A stretch of 32,000 nucleotides of DNA from Schaalia odontolytica (GTDB lineage: Bacteria; Actinomycetota; Actinomycetes; Actinomycetales; Actinomycetaceae). The notes under the pieces were generated by a model, which searched no databases, was not told where the DNA came from, and was given only the letters and a program-made list of their open reading frames with translations. Positions within the stretch are counted from its first letter, which is position 1; each line of letters begins with the position of its first letter. This document shows positions 16,387 through 23,195 of this stretch, one piece after another. A program made the translations under genes and the position numbers. Location of the stretch: contig NZ_CP040006.1 in assembly GCF_005696695.1 (NCBI RefSeq), forward strand, positions 600,001 to 632,000, given 5' to 3'.

Positions 16387-16507
16387 GGTGCGTCTGTGTC
16401 TGTGCTGCTACCTGGAGAGCGAGGAAAGGTGACCGGCCTCGTGCCTGCTCGTCGCGTCAGCCGGTGCAGCCTACAATGGAGCCGATTGATTGCTCAAGGA
16501 GGGTCCC

Positions 16508-16966
16508 GTGTCATTCTCGGATGTTCCAGACGTTCATGCCCCCGGTTTCCGTGATACCGGTACTATCCGCTTCGTTCCCGACAGTGAGACGGTCCTCGCG
16601 CGCATGGATCGCTCGACGGTCGAGGTCTTCACCTCCTTGGAAGAATACGTCGAATCATACGGTTCCTACGTCGATCGTCTCGGATATCCTACGGGCAAGT
16701 ACTTCTGGCACATCCCCCTCGATCGTGAGGGGCAAGTCTATTACTTCGAGGAGCGAGCCCAAGACATTTTCGCGCTCCACGATCCGATATATGAGTATGA
16801 GATCAAGAGCCTGCCGCCGGGCTTTTGCATCCGAACGGGCATCAATGTTCCCCAGTTTGACCTGCGTGGCGGTGCTCGCCAGGTTCAATTTCTTGCGGGA
16901 GATACGCCCCTGACGGCCATCGAGTGTCTGAAACTGGGGATCCTTGGTGGGAAGGTGGTGCGCTGA
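16508..16966 (+). CDS. Stand-alone TNT (tuberculosis necrotizing toxin-like, DUF4237) domain protein; putative NAD+ glycohydrolase toxin
   Basis: GTG 16508 lies 5 nt after a perfect AAGGAGG. The 152-aa product carries YVDRLGYPTGKYF, EERA, YEYEIKSLP, TGINVPQFDLRGGARQVQF and IECLKLGIL. In order and spacing these match the TNT domain consensus as I remember it. There is no signal peptide or N-terminal delivery domain. About one third of codons end in A/T (53/152 by hand count). Confidence 0.65.
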   Translation: MSFSDVPDVHAPGFRDTGTIRFVPDSETVLARMDRSTVEVFTSLEEYVESYGSYVDRLGYPTGKYFWHIPLDREGQVYYFEERAQDIFALHDPIYEYEIKSLPPGFCIRTGINVPQFDLRGGARQVQFLAGDTPLTAIECLKLGILGGKVVR

Positions 16967-17481
16967 TGTGGGCACAGCCTGAACTCATGGACTTTGCGAT
17001 GAGCGCGGGAGCCCAGGTGCACCTGCGTGAGGGCGATGGTCTGGCGCTCACGTGGGACTGTGGCCGCAGCTGGCGACACGTGTGGAAGACGCATGGGAGC
17101 GACGCGCAGTCCTTCTACGGCGAGAGTGAATACGCCGAGGAGCGTTGGCCTCACTTCGTCAGCAACGACCATGACCTCATGCTCCGGTGGGCGATCGTGC
17201 GTATCGGCAGCGAAGCGCGGCGCCGACTGGAGTGGGCGCCGATTGTTGTACCTTCCGAGGCGGAGGGCCTCGATGGGCGTTGGGGCGTGGAACAACTCAG
17301 CCTCATCACCGGGCGGCTAACGATGGATGGTGTGCCCCTGCCGATGGATATGCGCACCATCTTCCCGGAGCATCATGAACTCAACCAGTTCGCTCGCGTG
17401 GCCCTCATGGACGTTGATGATCTGGTCGCGGCCTATCGCGATCCCTCGGGCGGTGCGCTCCTGGGGCGCTGGGTGCGCTGA
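16966..17481 (+). CDS. Hypothetical protein, candidate cognate immunity/antitoxin of the TNT-domain protein
   Basis: ATG 16966 overlaps the TNT stop (TGATG), with GGAAGG upstream. The 171-aa product is Trp-rich and acidic (MWAQPELMDFAMSAGAQVHLREGDGLALTWDCGRSWRHVWK...). No family was recognised. The role is inferred only from coupling, adjacency and shared low GC3. Confidence 0.5.
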   Translation: MWAQPELMDFAMSAGAQVHLREGDGLALTWDCGRSWRHVWKTHGSDAQSFYGESEYAEERWPHFVSNDHDLMLRWAIVRIGSEARRRLEWAPIVVPSEAEGLDGRWGVEQLSLITGRLTMDGVPLPMDMRTIFPEHHELNQFARVALMDVDDLVAAYRDPSGGALLGRWVR

Positions 17482-17580
17482 GGGACGAGGCCGGAGGGGC
17501 GTGCGGCGCGGGCGATTGCGTGCGTGAGAGCCGATCAGGGTAGGTTTGCCACACCCGCGCAGCGCAGGCTCACCTATCCG

Positions 17581-17618
17581 AATTACGCAAAAGAAATGCC
17601 GCATTTATTTGCGTAATT
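17581..17618. promoter_or_regulatory. 38-nt near-perfect palindrome (operator-like site or hairpin terminator)
   Basis: AATTACGCAAA (17581-17591) is the inverted repeat of TTTGCGTAATT (17608-17618). An inner pair AAATGC (17594-17599) / GCATTT (17601-17606) is centred on 17600. It is AT-rich and lies 100 nt after the cassette stop and 186 nt before the DUF1540 start. Confidence 0.5.
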
Positions 17619-17803
17619 AGTGATGGTGTGAGTGCGAAAATAGCCCCCGAACGACGCGCGAGCACCCTTGGAATTGCAACGAAAACTCGCCACGTTTTGG
17701 ATATGTTGCGAAAAGGCGTATCACTGGAGTCAACAGCGCGGCCAACCCGGTCGCGACCGGCTACAAAGAGGCCCCACGGGGCCACGTTGAAAAGGACACT
17801 CCA

Positions 17804-18079
17804 ATGGCAGATATGCCCCGCATCCTCGACTGCTCCGTCACCGACTGCTCCTACAACAAGGAGAAGAACTGCGGAGCCGCCGCTATCACCGTCGGCTACT
17901 CGACCTCCTGCACGACCTTCATCCCGCTGACCGTCAAGGGCGGCCTTGGCAAGGCTGAGACCTTCGTCGGCGCCTGCCAGAAGGCCGACTGCGCCCACAA
18001 CAACGCCCTCGAGTGCACCGCCGCCTCCATCTCGGTCGGCGCGGGCACCGCGGACTGCCTCTCCTACGAGGCGCGCTGA
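17804..18079 (+). CDS. DUF1540 domain-containing Cys-rich protein (two tandem DUF1540 repeats)
   Basis: ATG 17804 follows AAAAGGACACTCCA. There are two copies of the pattern C-x-V-x-x-C-x-(Y/H)-N-x(4-5)-C-x-A-x-x-I-x-V: CSVTDCSYNKEKNCGAAAITVG...CTTF and CQKADCAHNNALECTAASISVG...ADCLSY. GC3 is very high. Confidence 0.7.
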   Translation: MADMPRILDCSVTDCSYNKEKNCGAAAITVGYSTSCTTFIPLTVKGGLGKAETFVGACQKADCAHNNALECTAASISVGAGTADCLSYEAR

Positions 18080-18092
18080 GTCTGACTCATTA

Positions 18093-18129
18093 ACGAGGCC
18101 GTGGCTGGGAATACCCGCCACGGCCTCGT
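18093..18129. terminator. Bidirectional hairpin terminator between convergent DUF1540 and TetR genes
   Basis: ACGAGGCCGTGGC (18093-18105) pairs with GCCACGGCCTCGT (18117-18129), a 13-bp stem, with inner GGG/CCC pairing. Confidence 0.7.
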
Positions 18130-18149
18130 CGTATCTGCCAAAGATTAAC

Positions 18150-18782
18150 TCAGCGTCCTTCGCCCGAGCGCACCCGCAGCGTGGGGTGGGGGCGCAGGCC
18201 GCGCTGGCCGTTCCAGATGAGGTTGACGACGTGGGCGGCGACCTCGTCCTTCTTCATGCGGCGGTCATCCAGCCACCACTGGCCGACCTGCGCGATGAGG
18301 CCGACGAGCATCTGCGCGTACAGGGGAGACCAGGTGGTGTCGAAGTCCGAGCGCTTGAACTGCTCGGCGATGATGTGCTCGACGCTGGTCGCCACGTCGC
18401 CCATGACCGAGGAGAACGAACCCGCCGTGCGATCTGAGGGGGCGTCGCGCACGAGCACGCGGAAGCCGTCCGTGTTGCGCTCGATGTAGTCGAGCAGACC
18501 CAGGGTCGCGTTCTCCAGGATGAGGCGTGGGCGCTCCGAGGACTCCAGGGATGATTGCAGGGAAGAGATGAGTGCCTGCACCTCGCGGTCGACGACGACC
18601 GCGTACAGGCCTTCCTTGCCCCCGAAGTGCTCGTAGACCACGGGCTTGGAGACCTTCGCCCGGGCGGCGATCTCCTCGACGCTGGTCGCGCCGAAGCCCT
18701 TTTCTGCGAACAGGGAACGTCCCACGGCCACCAGCTGCTCGCGGCGCGCGAAGCCGCTCATTCGTGTCCTCTTCTCAGCCAT
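18150..18782 (-). CDS. TetR/AcrR family transcriptional regulator
   Basis: The N-terminal helix-turn-helix is RREQLVAVGRSLFAEKGFGATSVEEIAARAKVSKPVVYEHFGGKEGLY. 210 aa. A TetR gene next to glmU is also seen in mycobacteria. Confidence 0.9.
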   Translation of the reverse strand: MAEKRTRMSGFARREQLVAVGRSLFAEKGFGATSVEEIAARAKVSKPVVYEHFGGKEGLYAVVVDREVQALISSLQSSLESSERPRLILENATLGLLDYIERNTDGFRVLVRDAPSDRTAGSFSSVMGDVATSVEHIIAEQFKRSDFDTTWSPLYAQMLVGLIAQVGQWWLDDRRMKKDEVAAHVVNLIWNGQRGLRPHPTLRVRSGEGR

Positions 18783-18893
18783 GCCCCCAGTATCACACGA
18801 GGCGTGGGTCGGACTTCGCTCAGACCGCCCAGCGGGCGCGGGGTCGCGTTTGAAAGCCTGCGAGGGGTGCAGGTATCATCACAGTGGACGCAT

Positions 18894-18964
18894 TCCGCCT
18901 TGGTGTAACGGCAGCACAGAGGTTTTTGGTGCCTTTAGTCTAGGTTCGAATCCTAGGGGCGGAG
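18894..18964 (+). tRNA. tRNA-Gln (anticodon UUG); CCA not encoded
   Basis: Manual cloverleaf. Acceptor stem TCCGCCT (18894-18900) pairs with GGGCGGA (18957-18963). D stem is GTGT/GCAC. Anticodon stem is GAGGT/GCCTT with loop TT-TTG-GT (anticodon 18926-18928). T stem is CTAGG/CCTAG with T loop TTCGAAT. Discriminator is G at 18964. U1:A72 is typical of tRNA-Gln. Confidence 0.9.
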
Positions 18965-19004
18965 CGACCGGTCCCGATGGGACCGCAGACCCCCGAGGAG
19001 GAAC

Positions 19005-20054
19005 ATGTCTCGCCCCGCCGCCGTCATCGTCCTGGCCGCAGGTCAGGGAACGCGCATGAAATCTGCCCTCCCGAAGGTCGTTCACCCCCTGTCTGGCCTG
19101 TCCATGATCGGACACGCCCTGCGCGCCGCCCACGGCCTCGACCCCGAGCATCTGGTCGCCGTCGTGCGTCACCAGCGCGACGTCGTCGCCGCCGAGATTG
19201 AGCGCGTGCTGCCCAGCGCCATCATCGCCGACCAGGACGAAATCCCCGGCACCGGCCGCGCCGTCCAGTGCGGCCTCGAGGCCCTCGATAAGGCCGTCGA
19301 GCCCGTCTCCGGCACCATTGTCGTCACCTACGGCGACGTCCCCCTCCTGTCCACGGACACCCTGGCCGAGCTGGTCGCCACCCACGAGGGCGCGGGCCAC
19401 GCGGTCACCGTCCTGACCTCGCGCGTCGAGGACCCCACCGGCTACGGACGCATCATCCGTGACACCTCGGGCACGGTCACCGCGATCGTTGAGCAGCGCG
19501 ACGCCACCCCCGAACAGGCCGCGATCAACGAGATCAACGCGGGCATCTATGCCTTCGACGCGGACTTCCTGCGCACGTCCCTGGCTTCCCTGGGCACCGA
19601 CAACGATCAGGGCGAGGTCTACCTGACCGATGTCCTCGCAGCTGCGGCCCCTGCCGGGCGTACCGCGGGCGCCCTCGAGCTCACCGACCACTGGCAGAGC
19701 GCGGGCGCGAACGACCGCGTCCAGCTGGCCGAACTCGGAGCCGAGATGAACCGCCGTCTCTGCGAGGCCCACATGCGTGCCGGCGTGACGATCGTCGACC
19801 CGGCCTCCACCTGGATCGACGTCGACGTGACCGTTGGCGCCGACACCACCATCTACCCCGGCACCTGTCTGCGGGGGACAACCACCGTTGGGACCGGCTG
19901 TGAAATCGGTCCTAGCGCCACGCTGATTGATGCGGAAATTGGGGATCGCAGTGTGGTTCCCACCGCGTGGATCGGTCAGGGCTGCGTTGCAGCCGATACG
20001 ATGGTCACGCCATATAGCACCATCGGCACATTGATCGCGGCGCCTCGCGCCTGA
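19005..20054 (+). CDS. glmU: GlmU-like UDP-N-acetylglucosamine pyrophosphorylase, apparently truncated within the left-handed beta-helix (acetyltransferase) domain
   Basis: The N-terminal uridyltransferase motif is VIVLAAGQGTRMKSALPKVVHPL, and LbH hexapeptide repeats start near VTIVDPASTWIDVDVTVGADTTIYPG. The ORF stops at aa 349, whereas bifunctional GlmU proteins are roughly 450-500 aa. Only 24 nt separate the stop from prs, so the acetyl-CoA/active-site part is not encoded here in any frame. Confidence 0.8.
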   Translation: MSRPAAVIVLAAGQGTRMKSALPKVVHPLSGLSMIGHALRAAHGLDPEHLVAVVRHQRDVVAAEIERVLPSAIIADQDEIPGTGRAVQCGLEALDKAVEPVSGTIVVTYGDVPLLSTDTLAELVATHEGAGHAVTVLTSRVEDPTGYGRIIRDTSGTVTAIVEQRDATPEQAAINEINAGIYAFDADFLRTSLASLGTDNDQGEVYLTDVLAAAAPAGRTAGALELTDHWQSAGANDRVQLAELGAEMNRRLCEAHMRAGVTIVDPASTWIDVDVTVGADTTIYPGTCLRGTTTVGTGCEIGPSATLIDAEIGDRSVVPTAWIGQGCVAADTMVTPYSTIGTLIAAPRA

Positions 20055-20078
20055 TCCAACACAAGGAGAGACAACCGC

Positions 20079-21050
20079 ATGAGCGGACTGGTGACCACCG
20101 GAGAGAAGAACCTCGTCCTCGTTTCTGGACGAGCTCACATGGACCTGGCTCACGCCGTGGGCGAGGAAATCGGATGTGGGGTTTCGCCGGTGACGGCCTA
20201 CGACTTCGCCTCCGGCGAGATTTACGTGCGCTTCAACGAGTCCGTTCGCGGCGCCGACGTGTTCGTCCTGCAGTCCATCGAGGGCGACATCAACAAGTGG
20301 ATCATGGAGCAGCTCATCATGATTGATGCTGCCAAGCGCGCCTCCGCCAAGCGCATCACCGTGGTCGCTCCCTTCTACCCCTACTCGCGTCAGGACAAGA
20401 AGCACCAGGGTCGCGAGCCCATCTCCGCTCGCCTCATGGCTGACCTGTACCGCACCGCCGGTGCCGACCGCATCATGAGCGTCGACCTGCACGCCTCGCA
20501 GGAGCAGGGCTTCTTCGACGGCCCGGTCGACCACCTCTTCGCCATGCCGGTCCTCGTGGACTACGTGCGCGGCCGCGTTGACCTGGCCAACACCGCCGTC
20601 GTCTCTCCCGACGCGGGCCGCATCCGCGTCGCCGAGAAGTGGTCGAAGAAGCTGGGCGGTGCGCCCCTGGCCTTCGTTCACAAGACCCGCGACACCACCC
20701 GCCCGAACGTCGCCGTCGCGAACCGCGTCGTCGGCGAGGTCGCCGGCAAGGAATGTGTCCTGGTGGACGACATGATCGACACCGCCGGCACGATCACCGA
20801 GGCGATCAACGTCCTCAACAATGCCGGTGCCAAGAAGGTTATCGTTGTCGCCACGCACGGCATCCTCTCCGACCCCGCCGCGAAGCGTCTCTCCGAGTCC
20901 GGCGCCGCCGAGGTTGTCGTCACCGACACGCTGCCGATCCCCGCTGAGAAGCGCTTCGAGCAGCTGACCGTCCTCTCCATCGCGCCGCTCCTGGCCCGCG
21001 CGATTCAGGAGGTCTTCGAAGACGGTTCGGTCACATCGCTCTTTAACTGA
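20079..21050 (+). CDS. prs: Ribose-phosphate pyrophosphokinase (PRPP synthetase)
   Basis: ATG follows AAGGAGAGACAACCGC. Motifs: YSRQDKK, DLHASQEQGFF, VSPDAGRIRVAEKW, and the PRPP-binding loop CVLVDDMIDTAGTI. 323 aa. Confidence 0.95.
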   Translation: MSGLVTTGEKNLVLVSGRAHMDLAHAVGEEIGCGVSPVTAYDFASGEIYVRFNESVRGADVFVLQSIEGDINKWIMEQLIMIDAAKRASAKRITVVAPFYPYSRQDKKHQGREPISARLMADLYRTAGADRIMSVDLHASQEQGFFDGPVDHLFAMPVLVDYVRGRVDLANTAVVSPDAGRIRVAEKWSKKLGGAPLAFVHKTRDTTRPNVAVANRVVGEVAGKECVLVDDMIDTAGTITEAINVLNNAGAKKVIVVATHGILSDPAAKRLSESGAAEVVVTDTLPIPAEKRFEQLTVLSIAPLLARAIQEVFEDGSVTSLFN

Positions 21051-21066
21051 GCGGCTCCCGCTTCAC

Positions 21067-21118
21067 ATCCGCCCTCGCCGTGAGGTAACCTATTGGGGTT
21101 GCTCCGGCGAGGGCGGAT
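21067..21118 (+). terminator. Long hairpin after prs / in the rplY leader
   Basis: ATCCGCCCTCGCCG (21067-21080) pairs perfectly with CGGCGAGGGCGGAT (21105-21118), a 14-bp stem with a 24-nt loop, 16 nt after the prs stop and 100 nt before rplY. It could be a terminator or part of an r-protein leader. Confidence 0.45.
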
Positions 21119-21217
21119 CCGTATCCGCCGTTATCGACAGGGCCTGAATCGAAATGCCACGCGTTTCCTTCACTCTGCCGACACCGACGCCGGACCTGAG
21201 AAACGAAGGAAAGACAC

Positions 21218-21826
21218 ATGAGCGACAACCCCGTCCTGCTTGCCGAAGAGCGTTCCGAGTTCGGTAAGGGTGCTGCCCGCCGCGCCCGCCGCGCCGGTAA
21301 GGTCCCCACGGTCCTCTACGGCCACGGCGCCGAGCCCCGTCACCTGGACGTTCCCGGCCACGACCTCTTCCTCATCGTTCGCGGCACCAAGAACGCGCTC
21401 GTTGAGCTGAAGATCGAGGGCAAGACCCAGCTGGCTCTCGTCAAGGACGTTCAGGTTCACCCCGTGCGCCGCGACATCCTGCACGCCGACTTCCTGGCCG
21501 TCAAGGCCGGCGAGAAGGTCGATGTTGAGGTCCCCGTCGTCGTTGTCGGCGAGGCTGCCCCCGGCACCGTTCACTCGCTCGAGGAGTTCACCATCCTGGT
21601 GAAGGCCGCCGCCACCTCCATCCCCGAGAGCCTCGAGGTTTCCATCGAGGGCCTCGAGGCCGGCTCCGCCGTGCACGTCTCCGACCTGCAGCTGCCCGCC
21701 GGCGTTGAGGTCGAGCTCGACCCCGAGACGGTCGTCGTGTCCGTTCTGGAACCCGCCGCTGAAGAGGCTGAGGAAGCCGCTGAAGAGGCCGCCGCCGAGG
21801 GCGACGCCGAGGGCGACGCCGAGTGA
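21218..21826 (+). CDS. rplY: 50S ribosomal protein L25 / general stress protein Ctc
   Basis: ATG follows GAAGGAAAGACAC. The N-terminus is AEERSEFGKGAARRARRAGKVPTVLYGHG, followed by a two-domain Ctc-type length (202 aa) and an acidic Ala/Glu tail. Confidence 0.9.
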   Translation: MSDNPVLLAEERSEFGKGAARRARRAGKVPTVLYGHGAEPRHLDVPGHDLFLIVRGTKNALVELKIEGKTQLALVKDVQVHPVRRDILHADFLAVKAGEKVDVEVPVVVVGEAAPGTVHSLEEFTILVKAAATSIPESLEVSIEGLEAGSAVHVSDLQLPAGVEVELDPETVVVSVLEPAAEEAEEAAEEAAAEGDAEGDAE

Positions 21827-21850
21827 CACTCGCGTAGCACACGCTTTCCC

Positions 21851-21882
21851 CGAGGGGGCGAGGCTAATGCCTCGCCCCCTCG
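21851..21882 (+). terminator. Hairpin terminator after rplY
   Basis: CGAGGGGGCGAGGC (21851-21864) pairs with GCCTCGCCCCCTCG (21869-21882), a perfect 14-bp stem with a TAAT loop. Confidence 0.7.
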
Positions 21883-21905
21883 TCGTATCTGCGATACTTG
21901 GGGGC

Positions 21906-23024
21906 ATGAGTGACCTCCACGTGATCATCCCCGCCGGCGGTGCCGGTACCCGCCTGTGGCCGCTGTCGCGCCGCCGCCGCCCCAAGTTCCTCCTCGACCT
22001 GGCGGGTACGGGCCGCACCCTCCTGCAGGGCACGGTGGACCGCCTGGAGGAGTCGGCCTCGTCGGTGACCATCGTGACTGGCCAAGCGCACCGAGACGGC
22101 GTGCTTGCCCAGCTACCCGAGTTCGCCTCGTCGGATAATCGCACCCTCCTCATCGAGCCGTCGGGCCGCGATTCCATGGCCGCGATCGGCCTGGCCGCCT
22201 ACGTCGTGCGCGAACGCTTCGGGGACGATGCGATCGTCGGGTCTTTCGCGGCCGACCACCTGATCGCCCGCCCCGAGCTGCTGCGAGACGCCGTCGAAAC
22301 CGCGATCGGTGCCGCACGTGAGGGCTACGTCGTGACGATCGGCCTGACGCCCACCGAGGCCTCGACCGCCTACGGGTACATCGCGCCCGGTCCGGCCCTC
22401 TCTGACGAGGCTGGGGAAGCCGACGCTGAGCGCGGCGCCCGCCGGGTCGCCGAGTTCGTGGAGAAGCCGGACGCCGACACGGCTGCCCGCTACGTGGCGG
22501 CGGGCTACCTGTGGAACGCGGGCATGTTCATCGTGTCTGCGGGCGTGCTCGCCTCGCACCTGGCCCGTCTGTTGCCCGACATGCACGCGCGCCTGGAGAC
22601 CATTGCGCGCGCGTGGGGCACCCCCGGGTTCGACGAGGTGCTGGCGGACAACTGGCCGCACCTGACGAAGATCGCCATCGACCACGCAATCGCCGAGCCC
22701 GTCGCCGCCGACGGGGGAGTGGCCGTCGTTCCCGCCGACGCCGAGCTGGGCTGGACGGACCTCGGCGACTTCGAGGCCCTCACCGGCATCGTCGCGGAGG
22801 CAGGTAACCTGGGCGAGGTGCTGCGCGTCGAATCCGACGGCGCGGCGGTCTTCGGTGCCCTGGGCGAGGACGGTGAGGGGCCGCTCGTTGCGCTCGTCGG
22901 CGTCCCCGACGTGGCTGTTGCTCTGACCCCCGACGCGATCCTCGTGACGCGTCGCGACCGTGCACAGTCGGTGAAGGCCGTCGTCGACCAGCTCGCGGAC
23001 CAGGGGCGCTCCGACCTGCTCTGA
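21906..23024 (+). CDS. Mannose-1-phosphate guanylyltransferase-like NDP-sugar pyrophosphorylase
   Basis: ATG 21906 is chosen because earlier starts overlap rplY or the terminator. It has the NTP-transferase signature VIIPAGGAGTRLWPLSR. AYGYI, FVEKPD and YLWNAGMF are typical of ManC/GDP-mannose pyrophosphorylases. 372 aa. Confidence 0.8.
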   Translation: MSDLHVIIPAGGAGTRLWPLSRRRRPKFLLDLAGTGRTLLQGTVDRLEESASSVTIVTGQAHRDGVLAQLPEFASSDNRTLLIEPSGRDSMAAIGLAAYVVRERFGDDAIVGSFAADHLIARPELLRDAVETAIGAAREGYVVTIGLTPTEASTAYGYIAPGPALSDEAGEADAERGARRVAEFVEKPDADTAARYVAAGYLWNAGMFIVSAGVLASHLARLLPDMHARLETIARAWGTPGFDEVLADNWPHLTKIAIDHAIAEPVAADGGVAVVPADAELGWTDLGDFEALTGIVAEAGNLGEVLRVESDGAAVFGALGEDGEGPLVALVGVPDVAVALTPDAILVTRRDRAQSVKAVVDQLADQGRSDLL

Positions 23025-23195
23025 CGCGCCGCCGACGCGCGGCCTGACGCGTGCCCGGCGGGGCTCCCACGAGGGGGTCCGGCCTCGCCGCGTCCTGTTC
23101 GCTCTCGGGTGAGGTGCGCCGCCCCGCCCGCCGCGCAGGGGTGCGGGGCTGGTAGCGTGTTGGGCAGCAAGAAGCCCCGACGAAAGGCATCACAC

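Noticed and set aside
16924-16965. Longer start (16924) for the candidate immunity ORF, overlapping the TNT gene by 43 nt.
   Set aside because: ATG 16966 forms a TGATG stop-start junction with a GGAAGG upstream. This is a more typical coupled arrangement than a 43-nt overlap.
18124-18138. The 15-mer CCTCGTCGTATCTGC is shared between the 3' side of the DUF1540/TetR terminator and the 3' side of the rplY terminator (21878-21892).
   Set aside because: My rough estimate is that a few chance 15-mer matches are expected within 32 kb at this base composition. The similarity does not extend beyond the 15 nt, so I treat it as coincidence unless a genome-wide search shows enrichment.
18894-18964. tRNA-Gln as the integration site for the 14.0-18.1 kb accessory region.
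   Set aside because: The island lies 5' of the tRNA and is separated from it by the conserved TetR gene. There is no integrase. The only similarity to the tRNA 3' half that I found (GGTCAGAATCC at about 14217) is too short to be an att repeat.
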